64,000 bases of DNA. Source: a virus. Position 1 is the first letter of the stretch. Each line of letters begins with the position of its first letter. A program made the position numbers and the translations under genes. The stretch lies in the IMG/VR virus record IMGVR_UViG_3300028840_003497, positions 64,001 through 128,000 of that record. The stretch is one strand, 5' to 3'. A model generated the notes under the pieces. It ran no database searches, was not told the DNA's origin, and saw only the letters and a program-made list of their open reading frames with translations. Shown one piece after another: positions 36,638 to 46,881 of this stretch.

Positions 36638-39600
36638 TCAAAGCGTCCCCAGTTTCTTATAAAAACGCATCCTCCTCCGGTACTTTGGATTCAATTGAAC
36701 AATCATTTCGTCAACTACATCAACCACAATCGGCTGTGGTTTCTGCTTGCATTTCCCAGCACGCCAGGGACATGCCACCTCGCACTTTCCATCCTGCGGA
36801 AAGCACCACCTCTGAATACGACCCACTATTTGCTCAACATCGCTAATCGGAGTCGCCATCACCAGAACATCGATCGACGGAATGTCGAGGCCCTCCTCAC
36901 AATTATGCACAACAAAACCATCGCATAAAAAGTTAGACTCGCCCTCCATGGTAAAATCATAAACGTCCCTAGATCTAACACTTTCTACAGACACAACACG
37001 AACCCATAAAGCATCAGAATTAGACCACTCAAGCAACATTTCGTTATTGGTTGCATCTGCTACGGATTTCAACAGACTGCGATGGACACCGTTGCGATGA
37101 ATACTTCCACCCACCGGAACAGCCACGCTTCCTATGATATCTTTCTTTCGAAGACCCTGAGAACGCAAAACCCTCATCGCATGAATCCACTGCTCCTCTG
37201 GAATACGCAACCCAACTCCGTCTTCTGCTCTGTCAAGTTTGCACAGATCTGAAAGCATCTTCCTCTTTCGAGGCATCAAATAAGGACCAACAAAATCCAT
37301 CATTTTTTTAATCCAAAACATGCCAGCAACCTTAACAGTCCAATATCTCCTCCTTCTGACAGAATTAGAACGCTTCGCAGATCTAACAAAAGAAATAATC
37401 CCGTGCCCAAGTAACATATGTTGAACCTGATACGCCAATTTCCTACTTGAACTACAGTGAGAAATCTCAAGTTTTTTACGACCAACATTTCCATCGGTAT
37501 CTATAAGGGCCGCAATTAATGCACCGGCACTTTCTCGGTCACAAAACAGCAATCTATCCGACAACTTCTTCTCCCACGCCCGACATCCGTCCAAGCCATG
37601 ACTTTCGGCCAATTTGCGAAACTTAGACTTAACCCCACCACCATTCTTGCCACCCAAAACTACACGATATTTCCCAGGCTCCTTGTCCTTTTCGCATAAC
37701 GCTGCATTATATTCAGAAAGCAAAAACGACACATTATCCACAATATCTTTATCTATATTAAAAAAAGCAGCCTGACCACTAGCCAACTGAGAAGTGTTCC
37801 CATCGCCTATAAAATAACCCATCAATGCAGCCTCATTCACCTCCACATCACTTTTTCCGTCCAGTTGAGCATTGCCCGGAATCATAAGCCAATCCCCAAC
37901 CACAATCTCATCAGATCTCACCCACCCTCGCTGCGACATAACACGATGATCTCCGCTCACAGATAAAGACATCACAGATCTATTATCACCACCTCTCCCG
38001 CATGATATTTTAAGAACATCTTTCACCCCCGTTTTCCATGCCTTAACAATCTTATTCGGAACAAAATCTCCAACACCCTCCCTGTAAGATAACAGCCTAA
38101 CACCCTCCTCCCCGCACAAATCCCTTACGAAGAGAGGTTCGCCAGTATCGGCATCGACAACAATACTATCGCCATCAACACACATCTGTTTTGTAGCAAA
38201 AATAACATTCGCAGATTCGGCATGCGCCAACTCTTCGGACGTCCTGTTTTTGAGCTTCATCTCTCCTTTACGATGCAGAATATTCCCACGCTTCCCACGC
38301 TTCGTTTCCTTCCACACCTCGCCACTGAACCACTGCCCGGTGTAGAAATCGATCCTCGGAACGAAGTCCAAATCGAGCCCGAACAGAATGCCGCCAAGCT
38401 GCTCGGCCATCTCCTTGAGGTGTTCCAGCCGCTCACTGACGACCATGAGCTTCCGACCGGCCTGGACCGCCTTCACCATGTCGTCCACGATGTGCCGCGT
38501 CCTGAATTTGTCGGCAGCGAGCTGGTTAACGATCTGGCCACTGTTTAAATTGTCGATCGATACTTGGTACTTGCCACGGGAGATCCTCTTAAGAGTTGAA
38601 TCCGTGATAACCCTCCGCAGCTTCGGACGCATCATCTTCGTATGTACCGAGTATGTGATCGGAGATATGTGCTTAAAGAAAACGTCCTGCGAGCCGTCCT
38701 TGCGACGTGGAGTCGCCGTAACACCCAATCTCCATGCTGCCTTGAACCGAGGAATGATACCAGCCCACGATCCAGCCCCGACGCGGTGGCAATTATGAAC
38801 GACCGCCCCTGTTTCAAGGATGTAAGAAGGATGCCCAGAAACATTCAGGTTGTAAACACGGACTCGATCTCCCTCAGTACAGATGGCAAATCGCTCAAGA
38901 TCCTCTCGTTTGAGAACCTCAACACTTTCCACCCTAATCCCATTAAGCATCGACCTTTTTTTGCATCCTGCTCCCGACGACTGAGAAGTTTGTGTGACCG
39001 ACCGTCCACCTCCACAGCCACCATCCTCTTCCTGTTCGCCAAGTCCACTTTGTAGGACGCGGGATATCTGTCTGGATTCACGCGCTTGACCATCGTTCTG
39101 ATCGCCACCTCTGGCTTCCACCCTTTCCCGAGAGCATCCAAGAGCATCAATTGAGGAACGGTCATTCCGGTCCCGTTTCCACCCCTCACCGGAGGACGAT
39201 GCCCCATGCTCCTCAAAGAACGAGACACCTTCCTTCTCACCTTTTCTAATGACATCGGATTCGACACTTTCATCCGACGCGAAGCTTCCTCTCGCACCTG
39301 CGGATTCTTCTTGTGCCATTTTAATACAGCGTCGGAAAGCTTCTTCGTAAAAAGGCTGGAATTCTCCGACATCCATTTCCGCTGACAGGATGTCGAACAA
39401 AATCTTGTCCTCTTCTGCTTCGTCTCCACCACCCCGCAGTACTCGCACATCGCCTGCCGCTTGCGCCTCGCCGCTCCAGAACACTTCCTCGAACAATACT
39501 TCCGACCGGCCCTCACAGAATTCGGCTTCCTGCACATCTGACACGACTGAGTTTTTGCACGTCCCATATCTCCGCATCATACCAATGCACTCTGAGTGCG

Positions 39601-40531
39601 TCAATACAGAACACCCAGCAAGATCCTTGGCATGGACCCACCCATTGTTCGTCAAAAATGGATGTTCTGCTGTGCAAATTACCTCTGTACTATCAGCAAA
39701 CGAAACCACCCGTAAATCTGACACATCGATAAGCCTGCTCCCGACGCTTTTAACACGCCCGTGACCAACAGCATTCAGCACCACATCGCCATCACGAATT
39801 TCCTCGATGGGAACTTCTTCATCTGGCGTAAGAACATGAGTCCCCTTCACAAAACATTCGTCCGAGACTATTGTACCAAAGTGAGAGTACATCGATTCTG
39901 GATACTTGAACCCATCATCACGAGATAGAGACTGTAACAACGCGATAACGAAGTCCGGCGGATCCCCATTGCTCTCCAGCTCATCGAACTCGCAGCGCGA
40001 CTGCTTGATGATCCCCACACGCGCGTCCGGCATCATCCCGAGAATTCGATTCTTCCACTGCTGAACCAAGAAGTCTTTATGAACAAGGATCAGCGTTCTC
40101 CGCCCCATTCTCCGAGCAAACTCTAAAGCCATTATTGTCTTACCCGCACCAGGAGGAGCCTGAAGAAGAGCGCCGCCCCACTTCCTGTTCTCCAGGGCAA
40201 GTGCTAGTTCATCTAGAGCATCCGCCTGCTCAGCAAACGGACCCTCGGCTTTGAAATTCGTCTGAAGATCTTGCATGGGCTTGCCGTATGAGACGTCCAG
40301 AACCTCCTCATGATCCCCAGAACGTCGCTCCAGATAGTAGTATCTCGGAACACCGATGAGACCCCTTTCGTCGTCCTCCTCGAACAAAAAAATGGGTTTC
40401 GGATCCTCCTTGGTCTGGATGTCCGTCGTCTTCCGTGGCTGAATCGTCAGTTCCTGCTTGATATTGTCAACCTGATACTTGTTCAACTCATCAAGCTGGA
40501 GCCAAGCCATACCAGAAATAATAACCTTCAA
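36638..40531 (-). CDS. SF2 DExH helicase (UvsW/A18-like) with two inteins
   Basis: APPGAGKT, DE|CH, TATPRRKDG, EGLDIP, QIVGRIQR. Confidence 0.92.
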   Translation of the reverse strand: MKVIISGMAWLQLDELNKYQVDNIKQELTIQPRKTTDIQTKEDPKPIFLFEEDDERGLIGVPRYYYLERRSGDHEEVLDVSYGKPMQDLQTNFKAEGPFAEQADALDELALALENRKWGGALLQAPPGAGKTIMALEFARRMGRRTLILVHKDFLVQQWKNRILGMMPDARVGIIKQSRCEFDELESNGDPPDFVIALLQSLSRDDGFKYPESMYSHFGTIVSDECFVKGTHVLTPDEEVPIEEIRDGDVVLNAVGHGRVKSVGSRLIDVSDLRVVSFADSTEVICTAEHPFLTNNGWVHAKDLAGCSVLTHSECIGMMRRYGTCKNSVVSDVQEAEFCEGRSEVLFEEVFWSGEAQAAGDVRVLRGGGDEAEEDKILFDILSAEMDVGEFQPFYEEAFRRCIKMAQEESAGARGSFASDESVESDVIRKGEKEGVSFFEEHGASSSGEGWKRDRNDRSSIDALGCSRERVEARGGDQNDGQARESRQISRVLQSGLGEQEEDGGCGGGRSVTQTSQSSGAGCKKRSMLNGIRVESVEVLKREDLERFAICTEGDRVRVYNLNVSGHPSYILETGAVVHNCHRVGAGSWAGIIPRFKAAWRLGVTATPRRKDGSQDVFFKHISPITYSVHTKMMRPKLRRVITDSTLKRISRGKYQVSIDNLNSGQIVNQLAADKFRTRHIVDDMVKAVQAGRKLMVVSERLEHLKEMAEQLGGILFGLDLDFVPRIDFYTGQWFSGEVWKETKRGKRGNILHRKGEMKLKNRTSEELAHAESANVIFATKQMCVDGDSIVVDADTGEPLFVRDLCGEEGVRLLSYREGVGDFVPNKIVKAWKTGVKDVLKISCGRGGDNRSVMSLSVSGDHRVMSQRGWVRSDEIVVGDWLMIPGNAQLDGKSDVEVNEAALMGYFIGDGNTSQLASGQAAFFNIDKDIVDNVSFLLSEYNAALCEKDKEPGKYRVVLGGKNGGGVKSKFRKLAESHGLDGCRAWEKKLSDRLLFCDRESAGALIAALIDTDGNVGRKKLEISHCSSSRKLAYQVQHMLLGHGIISFVRSAKRSNSVRRRRYWTVKVAGMFWIKKMMDFVGPYLMPRKRKMLSDLCKLDRAEDGVGLRIPEEQWIHAMRVLRSQGLRKKDIIGSVAVPVGGSIHRNGVHRSLLKSVADATNNEMLLEWSNSDALWVRVVSVESVRSRDVYDFTMEGESNFLCDGFVVHNCEEGLDIPSIDVLVMATPISDVEQIVGRIQRWCFPQDGKCEVACPWRAGKCKQKPQPIVVDVVDEMIVQLNPKYRRRMRFYKKLGTL
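36902..38182 (-). mobile_element. intein 2 of the helicase (427 aa, LAGLIDADG)
   Basis: CVDGDS, SGDHRV, GYFIGDG, ALIDTDG, VVHN|C. Confidence 0.92.
38845..39567 (-). CDS. DUF559/Vsr-like endonuclease nested in the +1 frame of intein 1
   Basis: YKVDLA, VEVDGRSH, QDAKK, GWKVLRFSN; N-terminal CxxC/CSxxC repeats; own promoter. Confidence 0.85.
   Translation of the reverse strand: MGRAKTQSCQMCRKPNSVRAGRKYCSRKCSGAARRKRQAMCEYCGVVETKQKRTRFCSTSCQRKWMSENSSLFTKKLSDAVLKWHKKNPQVREEASRRMKVSNPMSLEKVRRKVSRSLRSMGHRPPVRGGNGTGMTVPQLMLLDALGKGWKPEVAIRTMVKRVNPDRYPASYKVDLANRKRMVAVEVDGRSHKLLSRREQDAKKGRCLMGLGWKVLRFSNERILSDLPSVLREIESVFTT
39576..39604 (-). promoter_or_regulatory. internal sigma70 promoter for the nested endonuclease
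   Basis: TTGACG-17-TATGAT with extended TG; ATG 8 nt downstream. Confidence 0.75.
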
Positions 40532-40594
40532 CCTTCAACCTCCAACAAACCGGACCGCGCAGTGACCAAAAGGCCACTGTCGATCCTTCATTTT

Positions 40595-41482
40595 CTAAAA
40601 TGGAAGATCTCCGTCATCCTGATTGTTTCCAGGACTGAATCTTCCACTACTATCCTGACCACCACCGTAACCGGCCCCCTCGGACCGAGCACCACCACCT
40701 TTTTGACCACTACCGCCACCCATTCCGACGATCTTTGCCATCGTCTCGTAGGAAAGCGGTCTACAAATGTCGTGCCAGTTGCTAATGGGTTCCACATTCA
40801 AGGCATCCGGATCCGCGCCGTGCTGCTGCAGGAATTTAACATAATCCTCTGGAGCAACCCGATCAATGTACTCCCAGGTCTCACCGATACCGGCCTCTTT
40901 ATCGCCGCTTCGGCTCGTATCCCAAACCGTACCCTCCAGACTCTTGCCACGTCGCTCTGCCTGCCACAACAGTTTCTTAAGGACGCCAGGACTCTTCTTG
41001 CTACCCTTCTTCGCGCCAAGAACAACCCGAGGGAAAGCGTCCTCGTGGATCGTGCCTTCCTTGTCCTCCCAAGTTCGATGATGGAGCTTGATACTTCCAT
41101 CATCCAGATACTCAACCTGACCCATGTCAATACCACTGAACATTCCAATGAACGAAGGCCAGTCGTCTCCACCCTCTTTCATGCAAAGCGGGCATCCTCG
41201 ATCATCAATGTTGTTCTTTGCCAAGCATAACGCGTTCCAGTACCCACAACCACGCCACTTGTATAGCCCGTGCTCGTAGTAAGAGAATGGAGATCCATCC
41301 AAAAACAAAAACCGATGTGTAACCGGCTTGCCAGGGAATAGTGGATTTTCCGAAGCGTCCTGCATCCTGAAGCGAAAACGGTAAAGTCGTTCCTCTTCCG
41401 AGAACTTGCCTCCGCCTTCTCCATCTCCGGTGTCTTCGTCGGGAGGAAGATCCCAACCTCTCTGTCCATAATTGCCAATCAT
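40595..41482 (-). CDS. gp32-like single-stranded DNA-binding protein
   Basis: H/C..CPLC Zn site, Gly-rich linker, DDGDLPF tail; upstream promoter TTGACA-17-CATTAT (41567-41595). Confidence 0.75.
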   Translation of the reverse strand: MIGNYGQRGWDLPPDEDTGDGEGGGKFSEEERLYRFRFRMQDASENPLFPGKPVTHRFLFLDGSPFSYYEHGLYKWRGCGYWNALCLAKNNIDDRGCPLCMKEGGDDWPSFIGMFSGIDMGQVEYLDDGSIKLHHRTWEDKEGTIHEDAFPRVVLGAKKGSKKSPGVLKKLLWQAERRGKSLEGTVWDTSRSGDKEAGIGETWEYIDRVAPEDYVKFLQQHGADPDALNVEPISNWHDICRPLSYETMAKIVGMGGGSGQKGGGARSEGAGYGGGQDSSGRFSPGNNQDDGDLPF

Positions 41483-41600
41483 GTCTCTCTCCTTCTGTGC
41501 TCTTAGCACTAATTAAAGTCTTACAGATCTCTCTGAGATCAGGCGACTAACCTCCTGCGACTCGCGATAATGCACCATCCGTTGCCGTTTGTCAACAGGA

Positions 41601-44204
41601 TCAGAACGGCACTTCCTCACTATCCTCGTACTCATCCGTGTCGTCAGGGATCTCGTCATATTTCATCGAGTCGAAATCCCAGTCAGACAAAACCACATCT
41701 TTCGAAATCTGTCCTCGTCGGAGCTTGAGAGCTTTGAATTTCAAAACCTTGTCATCCCTGTCATCCTTCGACTGCTCCAACGCAAAGACAGCATGAGCAT
41801 CCTGGCCAATCTCGTCAGCAAGCGCAATCGTTCCCAGACGAGCACCTCCCCCTTTTTTCTCGCTCAACTCCGCTGTTCTGTTCTGTTGGGCAAATCCACA
41901 ACAAGCAAATCCAAGCCGTTTAGCAGCACTCTTCATCCACTCCAGAGCACCAATTGCTCTCTCTCGCCTGTCGCCACTGATTTTCAGATCATAGATAGAG
42001 TCTACGGCGACCATATCTGGCTGACACGCACGGATAGCTGCTTCGATGCCTTTTGGTGAAAGATCATCATCAGAATCCATGATCCACAGGTTCTTCAACG
42101 AGCGACTTTTTACAATAGTATTCTCAAGACTTGGAATAGCGAAATCCGATAACTGCCCATGAATAAGATCCTTGTAACTGACGTTCGCTTCGACCACGAA
42201 GAACCTCTCAGCAATCTCCTCTTTGCTCATCTCCGGAGACACGATGAGCGTACGATAACCTTCGGACCATGCGTGCCGGGCGGCAATAACCGCCACGAAT
42301 GTGTTGTGAACAACCATATCATTTGCCACGAACGCATGCCCATCCATAACCGTTAAATCGAACACCCTTTGGACACCGTCATATTTTATCGATTCAACTC
42401 TATCCCAATGATTAACTGTCAAATGTCTCAAGTGTTCTGCGTCAAACGCATCCAGGAAAGCTTCAAATATTCTTCTACTTACAGTTTTTCGTCTATACAA
42501 CTTATTAACGCTGATTCGAGTTGTCATACCTAAGACTGACGACATCGAATCATACCTAGCAACTCTTGGAGCATCAGGAAAACTATTCACTATTCTAAGC
42601 AACTCTTCCTTCAATACAGGTGTCACCGGTATATTGTCAATATTGGGATTAGTAGCATTCTCAAGCAACCCAACCTTGCTGCTTTTACCACCGACTATCG
42701 GGATATTGTTTTTGAACGCATCGTGGGATGTCGAGTAGATCCTGTACACCCAAGAATCAAACATCTCCCCGTTTAGCCTGACTGCTTTATACCGCACTCT
42801 CCCCTGTATCCCGAAGCGCAAGAACAATCGCTGCAACTGATCAATAAGCGTTTTAGATGCCAATCCCACTTCAGCAGTACAATGATCACGTCTGCCATTC
42901 TTGCCCTTGACAAGTGGAAATGACCCATCACAACTCCAAAATGCCCCGAGAAATTTCGCCAATGACTCATTATCATACTGAAATACTCTGTCTGGAATAG
43001 TCTTATTTTTAGACAATGATCTATCACACCCCCAACTATCCCACTTTTCCCAAAAGCTACGACCATTAATCCTGTAACGACCATCATCCTTTCCACGCGT
43101 CATCGGAACAAGTTCACTACCATATATTCGACAAAACCTTTGCACATGACCTATAATTACATTGTCAGCTTTTGTGAAGGTTGGTAGATCTTGCGTCACC
43201 CCACCATCTGCCAACATCATACCTATCAGCATGGATTCTTCATCTCTTACACTAATAGATTCAGTTGGCTCTGGAATCAATCCAGCAGACTCAACATAAT
43301 CTCCAACAACAAGTTCATCGGTTCTTTTCCATCCGTCAACAGTCATCATCGGATGCTCTGGCGTTTGAGACATCTCACGCCCACTATACAATCCAACCCT
43401 TAAACATTCCTTTGTTCCCATATCCAACCACGCATCTGGCGTAACAGGAACAATAGAGCCATCTGATTTTCTGGTAAGCACACAATCTTTGTCCTTTACA
43501 ATCTGTCCAATCGTCTTATACTTCCCCGTAGTTGAAATGTAGGATAATGTATCCATGTGTAGGCATTTGCCAACTCCGGGGCGGGCCACAAACATGGTCA
43601 GTGTCTTTGGCCACATCCCAGCTGTCATATGATCCAGTGTCGGCCATGGAAGCGGCACCCCACGATACCCTCCGGCAACCTTCTTGTACATATCCATTAC
43701 GCCGTCACCAAGAGCGGACATGGATTTTGGCATGCGCGTGCGCGCTAAATATTGGGAAGCCTCCACAATGGCCGTGACACCATTGGAAATCTCTTCCGGA
43801 TTCTCCTTTGTAAACGCGCTGGAAACCACATCCTGAGACACGTAGATGACATGACGAATCGCAGCAGCCTCACGAACAATTCCAGCGTAATGATCAACAT
43901 TAGCCACCGTGGCAACTGCATCAGTAAGATTCGCCAGAGCTATCCCCCCCCCGATCTTCTCTAGGTCGCCATTCTTTTTCAGGCGCTCCCCGAGAGTAAC
44001 GTGATCGACAGGCATGCCATCTGCATCCAAGGATGTCATCGCCTTGAAGATTCTGCGATGTGCTTCTACATAAAAATCCGCCTGCGTAATAACACCCTCG
44101 ATAACCCGAAGTGAATTATTATCCAGCAATATGGACCCCAGAACAGACACCTCGGCTTCATAATTGTAAGGCGGCACTCTCCCTCCAACATCAACCTCTT
44201 TCAA
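41601..44204 (-). CDS. dnaB: DnaB replicative helicase, intein-containing
   Basis: PPYNYEAEVSVLGSILL, ARPGVGK|T, SPEM, QQNR, IGQDA. Confidence 0.93.
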   Translation of the reverse strand: MKEVDVGGRVPPYNYEAEVSVLGSILLDNNSLRVIEGVITQADFYVEAHRRIFKAMTSLDADGMPVDHVTLGERLKKNGDLEKIGGGIALANLTDAVATVANVDHYAGIVREAAAIRHVIYVSQDVVSSAFTKENPEEISNGVTAIVEASQYLARTRMPKSMSALGDGVMDMYKKVAGGYRGVPLPWPTLDHMTAGMWPKTLTMFVARPGVGKCLHMDTLSYISTTGKYKTIGQIVKDKDCVLTRKSDGSIVPVTPDAWLDMGTKECLRVGLYSGREMSQTPEHPMMTVDGWKRTDELVVGDYVESAGLIPEPTESISVRDEESMLIGMMLADGGVTQDLPTFTKADNVIIGHVQRFCRIYGSELVPMTRGKDDGRYRINGRSFWEKWDSWGCDRSLSKNKTIPDRVFQYDNESLAKFLGAFWSCDGSFPLVKGKNGRRDHCTAEVGLASKTLIDQLQRLFLRFGIQGRVRYKAVRLNGEMFDSWVYRIYSTSHDAFKNNIPIVGGKSSKVGLLENATNPNIDNIPVTPVLKEELLRIVNSFPDAPRVARYDSMSSVLGMTTRISVNKLYRRKTVSRRIFEAFLDAFDAEHLRHLTVNHWDRVESIKYDGVQRVFDLTVMDGHAFVANDMVVHNTFVAVIAARHAWSEGYRTLIVSPEMSKEEIAERFFVVEANVSYKDLIHGQLSDFAIPSLENTIVKSRSLKNLWIMDSDDDLSPKGIEAAIRACQPDMVAVDSIYDLKISGDRRERAIGALEWMKSAAKRLGFACCGFAQQNRTAELSEKKGGGARLGTIALADEIGQDAHAVFALEQSKDDRDDKVLKFKALKLRRGQISKDVVLSDWDFDSMKYDEIPDDTDEYEDSEEVPF
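42303..43565 (-). mobile_element. intein (421 aa, LAGLIDADG) in the DnaB P-loop
   Basis: CLHMDT, TPEHP, GMMLADG, AFWSCDG, VVHN|T. Confidence 0.92.
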
Positions 44205-44231
44205 TATTCTACCTCCACTAATTTTGGAATT

Positions 44232-44882
44232 TCATATGTTACGAATTGCCTGCCGAGCTATCTCTTCGCGCTTATCCTCCCCGTACACATGGATAGCCAT
44301 AACATGCTCCTTGAGAGAATGTAGTGTGGACGGCTTGAGAATATCCGACATGGCTTCGCCCTTACCCTTGAGAACCGCATTGGTCGTGATGATCGTCACC
44401 AACTGATTCGCATTTCTCGTACGAATAAGTTCATCAAACAGACGCTCCCCGAAACCAGTTCGGTCCAGTGTGCCCTTGCCAAGATCGTCCAGCACAAGAA
44501 CATCAACCTTCATCGCACGATCCCAGTACGTATCATCTTCGTCAAAGTGATCCTTGCTAATTACAAGACTTTTCAGTGAAGCCGCCTCAATAAACATTAC
44601 CGTGCTGAATCTCCGACGGAACTCCTTGGCGATTATCGCCGCCATCGAAGTCTTACCAGTACCATTCGCTCCCCACAGAAGCATGCCGAGTCCCTGCTCG
44701 CGCATATCCTCCATTTTACGAATGTAACTCTTTAAGATATCGCGCGGGCTCTTCGACTCGCGCTCATCGGCAATATCCGAAACGCCATCACAGTCGACGT
44801 TCCAGTACCGCTTCGGAAGCCGCATCCGAACAAGATCATCCTTCGTTAATTTTCTACGTCTCAGTGTCACAACCTGACCCAT
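44232..44882 (-). CDS. DnaC/IstB-like helicase loader ATPase
   Basis: GANGTGKT, LVLDDLG, IITTN. Confidence 0.88.
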   Translation of the reverse strand: MGQVVTLRRRKLTKDDLVRMRLPKRYWNVDCDGVSDIADERESKSPRDILKSYIRKMEDMREQGLGMLLWGANGTGKTSMAAIIAKEFRRRFSTVMFIEAASLKSLVISKDHFDEDDTYWDRAMKVDVLVLDDLGKGTLDRTGFGERLFDELIRTRNANQLVTIITTNAVLKGKGEAMSDILKPSTLHSLKEHVMAIHVYGEDKREEIARQAIRNI

Positions 44883-44887
44883 AATAA

Positions 44888-45457
44888 TCACCAGCCATGC
44901 CCAAACGCTTCGTCCTCCGGCTCCTTGTACTCGTCCGAATCGCTCCGCACCTGGGACACGCTCCTTGATGCTACAAACGGCAACCCGCGCTCCGCCATGG
45001 GGAAGATTCGGTCTCGACCACCCCAGAGAAGCTCGACTGTTGGAATCCCAGTCAAGCCACCCTGCCTGCTCTTGACCATCTCTTCCCAATTATCACAGAG
45101 GTAAAAGATCGCCTTCTTTACAAGTTCGCCTCCATACGCCTCTAACAACTTCTTCGCCAACACTCTCTGCTTCACACCCCACCATACTTGGCTTGATGGC
45201 AGTGTCACACTCCAACTGATGCGCTTCGTGATTGCCTCACGAAACCATCCCTGAACATGCTTAGATGTTAACACCTTCCCGAAGGTTTGTCCACATTCAG
45301 TGTTTTCTAGCTCTAACTCTGGCAGTCTGACCTTCGCCGATTTTGCATCCCTCTCGGCCTTTCGGGACCGCTTGGCAATCCTCGACTTCTCGGTCTCTGC
45401 CTTCACCTGTGGAATACGTTTTTTCAACGCACCAAGGCTAAACCTTTTTGTCATCAC
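44888..45457 (-). CDS. hypothetical protein (possible replication initiator C-terminal domain)
   Basis: Position directly upstream of the loader and DnaB. Confidence 0.5.
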   Translation of the reverse strand: MMTKRFSLGALKKRIPQVKAETEKSRIAKRSRKAERDAKSAKVRLPELELENTECGQTFGKVLTSKHVQGWFREAITKRISWSVTLPSSQVWWGVKQRVLAKKLLEAYGGELVKKAIFYLCDNWEEMVKSRQGGLTGIPTVELLWGGRDRIFPMAERGLPFVASRSVSQVRSDSDEYKEPEDEAFGHGW

Positions 45458-45667
45458 GACCCTCCATGACTGTAACCATATGACCCAACACTCGCCGCTT
45501 CATCCCCTTCACAAGAACGAGCAGTTCGACCCATGTCTCCTGGTAATCTCTACCAACCTCAACCTGACAACGATCCGAAAATTCCCGCGCCTCGTAGTCA
45601 TTCATGTCAGTAATTGTCTCACGCCAAGATCGCGCATCATGAACAATGCCGACCCCCCAAACAGTCC

Positions 45668-46099
45668 TTACTTTATCTCCGATGAAGATCGTGCGAGCCA
45701 ACCTAATACCTCAAACTTCCTAGCCACTACAGGCCGAAGTATTTCATCATGATCCAACATCCACATAGGCGTCCGAAATGTCACCCGCGTCCAGGACCAC
45801 CCGTCAGCCCGCAGGATCGCCTTGCAAACCTCGTCGGCATCCAAACCCGGATGATTACTCACAACGGCACACACGGCCTCCTGTAGCCTGCAGATCCGAT
45901 CCTGCCAGGGCTGTCCTGCATCCTGATCCTCAATCGTTATCGTAACGCCATCTCCGAGTTCAACGAAGGGCCTGTCTGTCCCTGTCAAAAATCTCAGTTT
46001 CTGAACGGTCTGCCCCATTTCATAAAGAATCAACCCGCCCAGATCCAGATCAGAATCCTGGGACATAACGATAGAAACACCTTCGTTTGTCACTTCCAC
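45668..46099 (-). CDS. hypothetical protein
   Basis: Coupled ORF. Confidence 0.5.
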   Translation of the reverse strand: MEVTNEGVSIVMSQDSDLDLGGLILYEMGQTVQKLRFLTGTDRPFVELGDGVTITIEDQDAGQPWQDRICRLQEAVCAVVSNHPGLDADEVCKAILRADGWSWTRVTFRTPMWMLDHDEILRPVVARKFEVLGWLARSSSEIK

Positions 46100-46485
46100 C
46101 TCTGCTTCGCTTGCTGAAAGACATCCGCTGCATGCCGTGAAGAAATATCGTCATCGTACAGCGCCCAGTTCAATAGGGCTGTCACATACATTGTTCCCTC
46201 TTCACCGAGATCCTCCCCCCATTTCTCCGCCACAAAACTATGATGATACAACCCGGTCAGATTCCCTGGGTACATCGTGTAGCAACGACCATCGCGTCTC
46301 ATGATCGACAACGTTACACCACCACCAATGACTTTTTTTATCTCATCGGAAACCGGTGTCGCGAGCAACTGGTAAACCAACCCGTTTCCCGGTGCCCAGC
46401 GGATCATTGACGTAGGACCAGTGACCTGCGCCTCTACTTTTCCCTCCGGTGGAACATTTAATTTGATCAAATTATTGCTTTCCAT
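46090..46485 (-). CDS. hypothetical protein
   Basis: GGAGG RBS. Confidence 0.6.
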   Translation of the reverse strand: MESNNLIKLNVPPEGKVEAQVTGPTSMIRWAPGNGLVYQLLATPVSDEIKKVIGGGVTLSIMRRDGRCYTMYPGNLTGLYHHSFVAEKWGEDLGEEGTMYVTALLNWALYDDDISSRHAADVFQQAKQRWK

Positions 46486-46557
46486 TCAACCTCCTCCCGG
46501 ATCCCCCGGGTGATCTTGGTTTAACAATGGAGATGATCGCTCAATCTGCGATCAGAG

Positions 46558-46872
46558 TCAACTTCCGGATGCCCTATTCTTGGGAGAACCTCTAGCATTG
46601 TCCTCCTCCGTCACGTAATCCAAGTCTATCTTGATTCTATACTTGCCAGCTATAGCAGCCAGAAACGCTCGCAACGATGAAGCCACGTATCCATTCCTTC
46701 CTACAACCTGACCGACATCTTTTGGATTAGTGTACAACTCCGCCGTAATCCTGTACGGACCAGGGCGAATATTCACTTCTACATCGTCCGGATGATCCAC
46801 GAAGTGGCGAACAATCCCGACAACTTCTTGAACCGCTAATATAATTTCTGGCCCAACCCGTGTGCTACCCAT
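46558..46872 (-). CDS. khpA: KH-domain RNA-binding protein (KhpA-like)
   Basis: FVDHPDDVEV, DVGQVVGRNG..A.SLR. Confidence 0.85.
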   Translation of the reverse strand: MGSTRVGPEIILAVQEVVGIVRHFVDHPDDVEVNIRPGPYRITAELYTNPKDVGQVVGRNGYVASSLRAFLAAIAGKYRIKIDLDYVTEEDNARGSPKNRASGS

Positions 46873-46881
46873 GACAACCTC

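Larger units (their letters stand above)
38792..39856 (-). mobile_element. intein 1 of the helicase (355 aa) in motif II; no in-frame endonuclease
   Basis: CFVKGT, CTAEHPF, VYNLNV, VVHN|C. Confidence 0.92.

Noticed and set aside
38845-39567. Simple frameshift error explaining the off-frame nuclease
   Set aside because: The helicase/intein frame is continuous, and the nested ORF has its own ATG, stop and promoter; two compensating errors at both ends would be required.
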